IMG/VR virus record: IMGVR_UViG_3300027365_000007
Length of the DNA stretch: 64,000 nucleotides
Source of the DNA: a virus
Taxonomy: Duplodnaviria > Caudoviricetes
Direction: 5' to 3' (one strand)
Positions 1-7,895 of the stretch are shown piece by piece. The notes under the pieces are model-generated. The model worked only from the letters and a program-made list of their open reading frames with translations, did not search any database and had not been told where the DNA came from. Made by a program: the position numbers and the translations under genes. The stretch's first letter is position 1. Each line of letters starts with the position of its first letter.

Positions 1-591
1 AATCTTTTTATCAAGATAAAGATATAGATATAATGCTGCACCAACCATAGCACCTATGATATGCGTGATAATACTGACATTCAACGGCAACAATAACAGA
101 ACTACGTGCATAACGACAAGATAAATGGCGAGACCTTTATATCCACGAACTTTATTAAGGATACCAAAAGTTATATACGCCATTACGACACCAGAATATC
201 CAACAACAGGTTGTGTTGAAAGTAGAGTCACAAGGGGTCCAATGACGAAGGCTGAGCCAATGTACAAAAACCACAAAACCCATTGCTTCGTGTGGAATTT
301 ATACCGAAGCTCATTGGTTACAATAAAGAAGCAAAGCATGTTCATAACAAAATGAACAACGCCTGCATGTACAAAATTACCCACAAACCATGATATTTCA
401 GTCATACCAGCGGGATTATTCATTGCAAGCATCGGTATTAGGTTCGGATTAACCAATGTAGCAATAAGGAAGATTGTATTAATCGCCAATGCTATAATTA
501 CTGGCCAATTGTACGTACTGAATTTGTGATAGTACGGTTTTTTAAGTCGTATCTTATAGCTTTTTTTACTATTCGTTCCAATATCATACAT
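1..591 (-). CDS. Rhomboid-family intramembrane serine protease (3' end runs off the window; absent from the ORF track)
   Basis: Hand translation from ATG at 591 is open to position 1 (197 codons): MYDIGTNSKK...NFVHAGVVHFVMNM...PVVGYSGVV...SIITHIIGAMVG. It shows the HxxxxHxxxN loop, GxSG catalytic Ser and TM6 His motif, with several hydrophobic segments. Confidence 0.88.
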   Translation of the reverse strand, partial: MYDIGTNSKKSYKIRLKKPYYHKFSTYNWPVIIALAINTIFLIATLVNPNLIPMLAMNNPAGMTEISWFVGNFVHAGVVHFVMNMLCFFIVTNELRYKFHTKQWVLWFLYIGSAFVIGPLVTLLSTQPVVGYSGVVMAYITFGILNKVRGYKGLAIYLVVMHVVLLLLPLNVSIITHIIGAMVGAALYLYLYLDKKI

Positions 592-596
592 TGTAT

Positions 597-1115
597 TCAC
601 CATAAATTAAAGAGTTCATGAACCATGTCCATGTGTTTTTCGTTGTACAAATTCAAAACTGGTATTTCAAAGATAGATGCTATTCTAATTGCTGTTGCTG
701 TTCCACCTGTTTTATTAGTGCAGGTTTCTTGATTATATGCACCATCTGGTGTCCAACATATTACCACGTCTGATCTATTACTTTCAAGCAATTCTACACC
801 GAATACTTGAAAGACGTTTCGAGTATGTAGCAATTTAGCACCGTGCGACAATCTATTAAATGCAGGATGGACAGTACTAATGATACTTTCCGCCGCTTTA
901 ACCAATGTTGGATTAATTGAGCTTAATGGTATACCATGGGATGAAAAATTGCGCCAAGGTAGATATATTTCCAAGTTATTAGTAGTCTGCTCGAAAGCAG
1001 TATCACAACCACTAGCACCACCGCTACGTACCACATGATCTTGTAAAGGCAAGGTCGTTATAAAGTCATATATTTCTCTCGGTACTTTACGGCTTCCAAT
1101 GCCTGTTATTATCAT
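597..1115 (-). CDS. SLOG/DprA-like Rossmann-fold protein
   Basis: GIGSR, RSGGASGCDTAFE, IYLPW, GGTATAIRIA and IPVLNL motifs typical of phage DprA-like/SLOG proteins. Confidence 0.7.
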   Translation of the reverse strand: MIITGIGSRKVPREIYDFITTLPLQDHVVRSGGASGCDTAFEQTTNNLEIYLPWRNFSSHGIPLSSINPTLVKAAESIISTVHPAFNRLSHGAKLLHTRNVFQVFGVELLESNRSDVVICWTPDGAYNQETCTNKTGGTATAIRIASIFEIPVLNLYNEKHMDMVHELFNLW

Positions 1116-1417
1116 TGATAGTATACTTCCTTAGAAACGAAAATCTTAAAATTACAATTACGAACCATGATTCCATCTTTTAGATCGGCCCGTTCTAAAT
1201 AATTTTTTAAATTTTCATCACTACAATGCGATACCGTGAAGAACTCTTCGCCGTTTTCTTCAATTTCATCAATATTATTATCAATGTCATTATAGAGAAG
1301 ATATTTCATAGACTCGGCATCTTCGTTAGATTTGAAAATACCAATGCAATAAAATAATACATCATCGTCAGTATCTTCGATGACATACACACCCCATACA
1401 TTTCTAAAGCTAACCAT
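1112..1417 (-). CDS. Hypothetical acidic protein
   Basis: ORF track; 4-nt overlap with the downstream gene. Confidence 0.6.
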   Translation of the reverse strand: MVSFRNVWGVYVIEDTDDDVLFYCIGIFKSNEDAESMKYLLYNDIDNNIDEIEENGEEFFTVSHCSDENLKNYLERADLKDGIMVRNCNFKIFVSKEVYYQ

Positions 1418-1429
1418 ATTGTATTATCC

Positions 1430-2242
1430 TCATGTCCATAACGATGTACGAATATTAAGAAGCCGTCTTAACATTTTTTCATCGTCCTTCTCAAACTCAT
1501 CTTCAAGATTATTCATTCGATCTAAACTTTCATGCAACTTCTTGTAATCATCTGGGTGATCTAGTGCAAATCTTGCATCTAGTATCAGCGCCCCTGAATA
1601 CTTTTTATTATATGTAACCCATGGTTCTTGGGACATATCTAATCGCTCTGACTCAGCTACGTCTTCCCTTTCATCTAGAATCTCAGTATACCACATATAC
1701 AATGCAAACAGTTCCGTATAAAAATCTTTGTTTTCATCATCATCATTAGTGCGCTCTATGATATGGTGTAAGCCCAGTTCCTTTGAGCGAAAGAATGCTT
1801 CTGCTATACCAAATACATCAAAATTATTATTCAACCATAGTCGCTTTTTGTATGCCTCATACAATGGATGGTCCTTGTCCATTGAAATAAATTCCAACCA
1901 AGCCAACTCTATTTCAACATAATCAACGACTAAAGCAAACATGGCATGTAGCATTCTCACATCTGCATCATAGTATCCGGGCGGTAAGGTAGTTTTCACA
2001 ACATGCAAACGTTGTGTTGTACGATACCTAACCCAATCCTTGACCTTATCTAAATGAGGTTTTATACATGCATGATAGTCCCTAGCAAAAAACATATCAT
2101 AAAGGTACGATATTCTATTTGGAATTATACGAAATAGTACAAACCTGAATTTATGATCCTTTTTATATTCATGCAAACTACTGTACTCGGGCTCAAGTTT
2201 CCTTAAGCCCTTAAGTACTAGCTTACTAATTTCTTCAATCAT
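1430..2242 (-). CDS. Hypothetical phage protein
   Basis: 270-aa ORF, coupled to the Thg1 gene by overlap. Confidence 0.7.
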   Translation of the reverse strand: MIEEISKLVLKGLRKLEPEYSSLHEYKKDHKFRFVLFRIIPNRISYLYDMFFARDYHACIKPHLDKVKDWVRYRTTQRLHVVKTTLPPGYYDADVRMLHAMFALVVDYVEIELAWLEFISMDKDHPLYEAYKKRLWLNNNFDVFGIAEAFFRSKELGLHHIIERTNDDDENKDFYTELFALYMWYTEILDEREDVAESERLDMSQEPWVTYNKKYSGALILDARFALDHPDDYKKLHESLDRMNNLEDEFEKDDEKMLRRLLNIRTSLWT

Positions 2243-3023
2243 GATCTACCAGCCTACTACCTAACGAAAGATTTTTGATTTCATTAAACGACAAGTTTTT
2301 AAATGCATTACATTTAATCTTGTGTCGTGTATATTCACGCGATTGAGGCTTTTTACCATCTGGGATTTTTGCCCAAATATGATCAGGAATCACATTATTT
2401 TCAAGACGCTTATATACATAAACACCATATTTGAAATCGTCTGGAAATTCATCCCAAACAACAGCACACTGATCTTCGAGCATTTCGATAACATCTTCCC
2501 GACTTCTCTTATGCATCTGCTTTTTATTCAGGAAGTGATGACCGACCATAGATACCGAGTTACGAACACAATCATGCTGACGCCATAGAATAGAATTAAC
2601 GGCTTCGTTATAATCAGGGACGTTGAATACTCTGGCATCAAAGTGTGGTACACTTTTTGAAACATGCTCTGGCCATACTTTCATAGCTTCAATAACAAAT
2701 TTCGATGTAGCTGTCGCTGATAAAACACTGACCAACTTCTGAATCTTAGCATCGAAAAATAGGTCTGGCTTAGGCACAATAATTGAAATCTCATCACTTT
2801 GGGTATATGCCAAGCATCCATCACATTCCTTCATGACATGTTCGGCGGTTCGGGTCATAACATGTCTAAAGTCTTCGTCATACGGACGTTTAAAGTTTCG
2901 GGTGAAGTTACTAAACCCGCGTCCATCTAAACGAACAATGACTGGAAGATTTTTATCGAGCCGTTGTTCAGTTTGCTTCTTTTCGTACATTTTCATACGC
3001 TTAGCAAAATCGGTATTGTCCAT
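2235..3023 (-). CDS. thg1: Thg1-like 3'-5' polymerase / tRNA(His) guanylyltransferase
   Basis: VRLDGRGFSNFT, AYTQSDEISI, FDARVFNVP and WRQHDCVRNSVS motifs; catalytic Asp residues intact. Confidence 0.92.
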   Translation of the reverse strand: MDNTDFAKRMKMYEKKQTEQRLDKNLPVIVRLDGRGFSNFTRNFKRPYDEDFRHVMTRTAEHVMKECDGCLAYTQSDEISIIVPKPDLFFDAKIQKLVSVLSATATSKFVIEAMKVWPEHVSKSVPHFDARVFNVPDYNEAVNSILWRQHDCVRNSVSMVGHHFLNKKQMHKRSREDVIEMLEDQCAVVWDEFPDDFKYGVYVYKRLENNVIPDHIWAKIPDGKKPQSREYTRHKIKCNAFKNLSFNEIKNLSLGSRLVDHD

Positions 3024-3047
3024 TGCACTGTCCTTTTATATTATTCA

Positions 3048-3272
3048 TTAACCAAAGTTGATGTATGATGCTCGACTTAGGATATAGTCAATGACACCTT
3101 CATTGACGTATGCAAGAACACGTTCACCGTTAATGGTCTTGCACTGATAGTTCTCGTTGTCGATGACATGAACAACATTCTCGGCAAATTCAACTTCAAT
3201 TCTTTTACCATGCAGGCTTCCACCTACAACATTAACTTCATCATTAGACACTACAGTTTTAATATCTGACAT
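3048..3272 (-). CDS. Hypothetical protein
   Basis: ORF track; co-oriented in the operon. Confidence 0.55.
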   Translation of the reverse strand: MSDIKTVVSNDEVNVVGGSLHGKRIEVEFAENVVHVIDNENYQCKTINGERVLAYVNEGVIDYILSRASYINFG

Positions 3273-3294
3273 AATGCTTCCTCATTCGTGTTTG

Positions 3295-3327
3295 TTCTAG
3301 TATACCAAAAATCATTCAGAAAGCAAA
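3295..3327 (-). promoter_or_regulatory. Candidate sigma70-type promoter (TTGCTT-N16-TATACT)
   Basis: Minus strand reads TTGCTT tctgaatgatttttgg TATACT upstream of the 3272 gene; coordinates approximate. Confidence 0.35.
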
Positions 3328-4376
3328 TCTTTAATGATATAATAATGATCTTCGAAAAACTGATCTCTCATTTTATCGATTTCGAACAGAGAAAACCACC
3401 CTGCATGTTCTTTTTGACTCTTCGTCTTACGTACTTTTGGGAAACCTTTTAGGCTTGTAACGTTATCTAGTTCAATAAGACCTGCATTAGTAATGATGCG
3501 TCCACGTAGTGATCGATTGGGATCATCATAGGTCTTTACCTTACGAACGTTTGAGCTGAGAATGTTTTCATGGACTTGAATATTGGTATCTTTTTTCAAG
3601 TTCTTAACGACACCTTCCTCAATGGTATCAACTTGGGCAAGAAAGCCCCCCGGCAAACAATAAAGGTCTTTCCCAACCGCGCCTTTTCTTTTAACAACCA
3701 ATACATAGCCTTTATAATAAACGACAGCATCTGTCGTTACGAACGTAGGTGGGAAAGGCGCAGCCTCCCATTGTGACTTTTGAAACATGACCGCTTCATA
3801 TTCTTCCTTGAGAGTTTCAAAGTCATAGCCTTTACGGTATGTATCATACCACTCTCCTTTTCTAAACTTATCATAAAGACTAGTCATATTGGGTGCGATA
3901 TGCAAAGAAATGTCTTCCATACCATAGAAGTCATGATAAAGCTCCTGACTGATGCCCATGTCTACCTTATTCACATTAAACATAGGTTCAGGGAAAATGT
4001 TTTCATAACGATGGTGTGATTCATTCGAAACATACACATTAAGCTCAAGATCTTTACGGTTCACACACAAGGTATTAAAGCGTTCATTCAATTTCGAATG
4101 AATATCTGTAATCCATTGTCGCTTATTGACAGGATTATCATTCAGAACACCGATGGAAAAATCTTCTTTTTCCAATCCACCATTGACTTCGATGGTTTTT
4201 AGAATATTATTTGCACGATCATTCTTGTCAAAGGGCATTGTATAGTCTTTAGAACGATCAGCCGAACATACGAAGATTAGTACGTGGTCGTTCTCATCCG
4301 ACGCCTTCCTAAGAACGTGGAAGATTTCGCGTGTTACAAAAGAGAACTTACTTACTACTATTCCGATCTTAGCCAT
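3312..4376 (-). CDS. NadM-Nudix (NMN adenylyltransferase/ADP-ribose pyrophosphatase) homolog with degenerate active sites
   Basis: Architecture and motifs PFPPTFVTTDAVV, GLYCLPGGF-like, DDPNRSLRGRIIT and FEDHYYII match the family. The HxGH motif and the Nudix box RExxEE are replaced. Confidence 0.85.
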   Translation of the reverse strand: MAKIGIVVSKFSFVTREIFHVLRKASDENDHVLIFVCSADRSKDYTMPFDKNDRANNILKTIEVNGGLEKEDFSIGVLNDNPVNKRQWITDIHSKLNERFNTLCVNRKDLELNVYVSNESHHRYENIFPEPMFNVNKVDMGISQELYHDFYGMEDISLHIAPNMTSLYDKFRKGEWYDTYRKGYDFETLKEEYEAVMFQKSQWEAAPFPPTFVTTDAVVYYKGYVLVVKRKGAVGKDLYCLPGGFLAQVDTIEEGVVKNLKKDTNIQVHENILSSNVRKVKTYDDPNRSLRGRIITNAGLIELDNVTSLKGFPKVRKTKSQKEHAGWFSLFEIDKMRDQFFEDHYYIIKDLLSE

Positions 4377-4597
4377 TTATCACTATCCCTTTTCATTATT
4401 AATCTTTCTTTACGATATAAATATACTACCACAGCCACATAGCATAATGCAACTATAATATGAATAAATGGGAGTTTTGATAATACAATAGAAAACGCCA
4501 CTTTTGTAGCTATAAAAGCGGTACTGTATAATGCTATGATGTAAAATGCGCCTATAAAGGCGCATATCAGAAAAGTCTCAATCTTTTTGTTCATCAA
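4358..4597 (-). CDS. Small membrane protein (two predicted TM segments)
   Basis: Hydrophobic stretches in the ORF translation. Confidence 0.5.
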   Translation of the reverse strand: MMNKKIETFLICAFIGAFYIIALYSTAFIATKVAFSIVLSKLPFIHIIVALCYVAVVVYLYRKERLIMKRDSDKWLRSE

Positions 4598-4617
4598 CTG
4601 TTAATCTCACAAGGTTG

Positions 4618-5118
4618 TCATGGATACTTTTTAAAAATATTCCTAACAATATCAATATTCATAAAATATGTTCTATTAAATTTATCAAAAATTCTGTTTA
4701 AGAAACTGGGATGTATGCAATCACGAAATACATGAAGCTGTAATATTTTACTATCTTTATATGTTTCATCTATATTAAAGCTGTTTTTCAGACCCATATT
4801 CATGTAAAATATAAACGTTTTTGTGGGTATTACATCATTGTTATCCCATATAGATGTTGTACTTACACCATCATTGCATGGTAGGTTCATACTGATAATA
4901 AAACTACATGTTTCGCACACCCCTCCATTATACTTCATCTCATAATTCATGATAGAGGCTAAGGACCGCTCATCATTTAGAACAATACCATTCTCAATCA
5001 TATAGTGTTTGAAATCATACGATTGGACATCCTTCATATAGTGGACTAAGGACGTTATGATATCAATTTCATTTTCTTCAGATGTATAGGGGTAAACGAC
5101 AATAGACTTACTCTTCAT
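4618..5118 (-). CDS. Hypothetical protein
   Basis: ORF track; 4-nt overlap with the upstream gene. Confidence 0.6.
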   Translation of the reverse strand: MKSKSIVVYPYTSEENEIDIITSLVHYMKDVQSYDFKHYMIENGIVLNDERSLASIMNYEMKYNGGVCETCSFIISMNLPCNDGVSTTSIWDNNDVIPTKTFIFYMNMGLKNSFNIDETYKDSKILQLHVFRDCIHPSFLNRIFDKFNRTYFMNIDIVRNIFKKYP

Positions 5119-5579
5119 AGATACAGTCGATAACAGAATATTGGTAATTTTATATTCTTATTTATCACCGTATCGACAATTGTTGCACTAGAAAGCATAC
5201 TGAAGTTATTCAGCAACAAAGCGTCATCTACGTTAGTTGTTATAAGATACGTATATCCACGCACGATAGTAATTAACTTTTCTTTCTTATCCAACACGTG
5301 TAGTTTATCGTAATCTACTTCTTTGTCGTTTAACCACTTTTTTACTAATTCACCATCAGGATCACTATTCGATCTTCTAGAATAGATATCTATTGTGTAA
5401 CCACGCTGTCTAAGCATATGTATCATAACCAACATATAAGCATTGATTTTTAGCCTAGACATACACCACTGATCCATCGCACCAACGGATATGGGATTGA
5501 TGCGATGTTTGTTAATCTTTTTGAGAGTACCAAAAGTGTCTGCTATGGTATTATCAAATTCAAATAATGCTACTGGCAT
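5115..5579 (-). CDS. HAD-fold nucleotidase-like protein, degenerate (start re-called at 5579)
   Basis: MPVALFEFDNTIADT resembles motif I DxDxT with D>E; YSRR matches motif II. ATG 5579 follows the DUF3307 stop directly. Confidence 0.55.
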   Translation of the reverse strand: MPVALFEFDNTIADTFGTLKKINKHRINPISVGAMDQWCMSRLKINAYMLVMIHMLRQRGYTIDIYSRRSNSDPDGELVKKWLNDKEVDYDKLHVLDKKEKLITIVRGYTYLITTNVDDALLLNNFSMLSSATIVDTVINKNIKLPIFCYRLYL

Positions 5580-5581
5580 AC

Positions 5582-5965
5582 TTAAACAAAGACAATACAG
5601 GCTATGATAGCATAGTGTGTCAGATGATGTACGGACTGGTCCAGTCCAAGCGACCACCAAAAGTACTTATTTTTAATATCGAAACGTCCCAACAGGTCTG
5701 GGCTGGCTTTAACCCTATCCATGATAGAATGAATTACAAAATCAAAAGCCGCCAATGCCAATGATAGAACGAACGTTTGAGTAAATGCTAACGAAATAAT
5801 AAAGGTGGCAACTGAATGTACCGCTGTGTGAGCAAATAACGGTTTCATCCATCCTACTTTTTTGAATTTTCCAAGCATATATTTTCCCTGTAGTGGAAAG
5901 TCACACAGAAAATGCTTAACTTGGAAAATGACTAGCAATACGAAAATACTAACAATCGGGTCCAT
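5582..5965 (-). CDS. DUF3307-like membrane protein
   Basis: HFLCDFPLQ, HTAVH, HSIMD and GLDQSVHH motifs within hydrophobic helices. Confidence 0.8.
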   Translation of the reverse strand: MDPIVSIFVLLVIFQVKHFLCDFPLQGKYMLGKFKKVGWMKPLFAHTAVHSVATFIISLAFTQTFVLSLALAAFDFVIHSIMDRVKASPDLLGRFDIKNKYFWWSLGLDQSVHHLTHYAIIACIVFV

Positions 5966-6125
5966 TCTTATCTCCTGAATTATTTAATGTAATTTGTTCT
6001 TTATACAGGTGTGGTAATTCTACACCATGATCGATACCACTACAATAGGTCTGATTGTCAAAATGCCAATTGCGATAGTTGTAATACTCGACACTTTGAT
6101 TATTTGTTAGATTCTTATCTTCCAT
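5949..6125 (-). CDS. Small hypothetical protein (58 aa; below the track cutoff)
   Basis: Hand translation MEDKNLTNNQ...; fills the gap between co-oriented genes; no clear SD. Confidence 0.3.
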   Translation of the reverse strand: MEDKNLTNNQSVEYYNYRNWHFDNQTYCSGIDHGVELPHLYKEQITLNNSGDKNGPDC

Positions 6126-6126
6126 A

Positions 6127-6483
6127 CTACTTTAGAATTTCATTATTGATTAATGTGAGGCGAATCTTATACCGATCCCAAAAAATATGCTTAGCATTGA
6201 GAATATACTTTACGGCATTCGTATTTGATGAATGAACGTATATAACCTTAAGCTTACTAAGATCAATATCATTCCAGTAAAGGCGCTCTTCAATCCAATT
6301 GAAAATGTCTTTACCTTCAACTTCTTCACCCAAGTCATTGTCAAGACTCAATACTTCAAATTTATTGGAAGACAAGTGCTTAAAGGCTTCTTCAGAAGTC
6401 TTTGCCCACACCCAATCACCTTTTACATAATCATTGGGATCTCTTAGGTCATCGACCCATAGTTGCAATGACATAACTTTCAC
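6127..6483 (-). CDS. Cyclic-phosphate-processing receiver (REC-like) domain protein
   Basis: LWVDDLRDP, LSLDNDLGE, GKDIFNWIEE and VHSSN motifs. Confidence 0.8.
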   Translation of the reverse strand: MKVMSLQLWVDDLRDPNDYVKGDWVWAKTSEEAFKHLSSNKFEVLSLDNDLGEEVEGKDIFNWIEERLYWNDIDLSKLKVIYVHSSNTNAVKYILNAKHIFWDRYKIRLTLINNEILK

Positions 6484-6508
6484 TCCTACGTGTTATACAA
6501 TTACGTGA

Positions 6509-6649
6509 TTACTCATCGTCTTCTTTATCGTCATCATCATTTAAGATTCGGGCATCATCTTCAGCAAGTTCATCTTCATGCCACATATCATAAATATCTT
6601 GTGTTTTGGTGACGACTTCGTGTTCAGTCTCTCTTTCTTTACCATCCAT
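6509..6649 (-). CDS. Small acidic protein (46 aa; not in track)
   Basis: GGAGG at 6661-6657, ATG 6649; MDGKERETEHEVV...DDKEDDE*. Confidence 0.5.
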   Translation of the reverse strand: MDGKERETEHEVVTKTQDIYDMWHEDELAEDDARILNDDDDKEDDE

Positions 6650-6749
6650 AATGATGCCTCCGAATAATTTAGACCATTACTGATCATACCAAGACTTGAC
6701 GCATTTGTCGAGTCAAAGATAAATATATTTATCAAGGAGATTATATTAT

Positions 6750-7094
6750 ATGAAAACTGGTGACATTCTACCACAGAAAGAACAGATAGGAAAAGTAGTT
6801 TCCTATATTATTAAAAATCTACAAGATGGACAAACAATACTGGATGGTGTTGAGATAAAAAACAAGCATGATTATGATTTCATAAGCGATGCGTTAATTG
6901 TAACTATTGATAAAAATATAGAACCACCAGCCAACTCTGAATATAAAGTAGATGAATTCTGGGGTAACCAAATACGAATAGATATAGCTGCAAAAGGTTT
7001 GGATAAAAAGGAAATACGCAATATCTTAAAGAAAGCATTTGATGAGTATATTGATGTTTTCAATCGAAAAACACATAAGTATGACACACTATAA
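6750..7094 (+). CDS. Hypothetical protein
   Basis: 114-aa ORF followed by a terminator hairpin. Confidence 0.6.
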   Translation: MKTGDILPQKEQIGKVVSYIIKNLQDGQTILDGVEIKNKHDYDFISDALIVTIDKNIEPPANSEYKVDEFWGNQIRIDIAAKGLDKKEIRNILKKAFDEYIDVFNRKTHKYDTL

Positions 7095-7098
7095 TTAA

Positions 7099-7120
7099 AA
7101 AATCCCCCGTAGGGGATTTT
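7099..7120. terminator. Bidirectional intrinsic terminator
   Basis: AAAATCCCC-CGTA-GGGGATTTT between convergent genes. Confidence 0.75.
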
Positions 7121-7227
7121 GACATCATAGAACACACTTTGGCAGGCATTAAGTATTCTAATTGTATTTATAACTCGATGTAACACTTTATATAGTCAGT
7201 TTTTATTCATCAAAACAAGTATAGTCA

Positions 7228-7470
7228 TTAAGAAGTTCTAAACATAAGTGAATAGGCATTAAAAAAGTCTCTGAATTTATCGTCCAGAGACTTTTTATGT
7301 TTTACCTTCCTGTTGTAAGATTTTCCCTTTCCTTTCTTAGGTTCTTCAACTTTATGTTTGAACATTGGTGAAGTAACCGCTGCGGCGAAATAATTATCTT
7401 TTATTTCACCTCTCCCAAGATCGTGCTTATGCTTGGGAGTATTTTTATGTTTATTTCTTCGTTTAGACAT
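7228..7470 (-). CDS. arfA: Alternative ribosome-rescue factor A
   Basis: GEIKDNYFAAAVTSPMFKHKVEEPKKGKGKSYNRKVKH aligns with E. coli ArfA [37 protein letters not shown] (recalled). AGGAG at 7483-7479 places the start at ATG 7470. Confidence 0.9.
   Translation of the reverse strand: MSKRRNKHKNTPKHKHDLGRGEIKDNYFAAAVTSPMFKHKVEEPKKGKGKSYNRKVKHKKSLDDKFRDFFNAYSLMFRTS
7261..7296 (-). terminator. Intrinsic terminator inside the arfA coding sequence
   Basis: Perfect 12-bp inverted repeat AAAAAGTCTCTG (7262-7273) / CAGAGACTTTTT (7285-7296). On the mRNA a GC-containing stem is followed by six U residues, 10 codons before the stop. Confidence 0.75.
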
Positions 7471-7481
7471 AATATACACTC

Positions 7482-7868
7482 CTATAGTCTCAGTCTTGCT
7501 TTATCGATAAGTTCTATCATTTCTTCATGTGGTATTGTATTTAGGTATTCCTCAGTAGATTCCAGTGTCATCTCGGATTCATAATGTAGTAGTATCAATT
7601 CTCCTGCACAAAAGCGTGTCCGCAATGACATAGCATATACAACTCGGGCATCTTCATCAATTGTTCCACGAGGCATATTATACTTATCTTCCATTTTAGT
7701 AAAATCTTTAGCTAGAAGTTTAAAAATACCATTTAGTTTTTTACGTTGAATATCATCAGCATCTCCATTGCAGTACTCCATGTACTTGATTTTATAAAAT
7801 GAATCAACCTCTACACGCTTATTAGAAAACGTTTTTGGGTGCGAAACAATAACTACATAGGAAGACAT
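7482..7868 (-). CDS. Hypothetical protein
   Basis: ORF track; directly upstream of arfA. Confidence 0.65.
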   Translation of the reverse strand: MSSYVVIVSHPKTFSNKRVEVDSFYKIKYMEYCNGDADDIQRKKLNGIFKLLAKDFTKMEDKYNMPRGTIDEDARVVYAMSLRTRFCAGELILLHYESEMTLESTEEYLNTIPHEEMIELIDKARLRL

Positions 7869-7895
7869 AAATATACCTTTTGAATTTATCTATTA

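Noticed and set aside
125-355. 76-aa plus-strand ORF in the track
   Set aside because: It is the antisense shadow of the rhomboid gene, which has clear family motifs.
5580-5660. N-terminal 27 aa of the track ORF 5115..5660
   Set aside because: It overlaps the DUF3307 gene in another frame; the HAD motif starts right after ATG 5579.
6541-6774. 77-aa minus-strand ORF (MVECHQ...)
   Set aside because: It overlaps the plus-strand gene start. A different frame (6509..6649) has a good SD and typical composition.
7165-7172. TATAAATA on the minus strand about 45 nt before the 7099-7120 terminator (possible small RNA); also a plus-strand copy at 4416-4423 inside a gene
   Set aside because: At roughly two-thirds AT, on the order of 20 chance copies of this 8-mer are expected in 64 kb on both strands; no other support.
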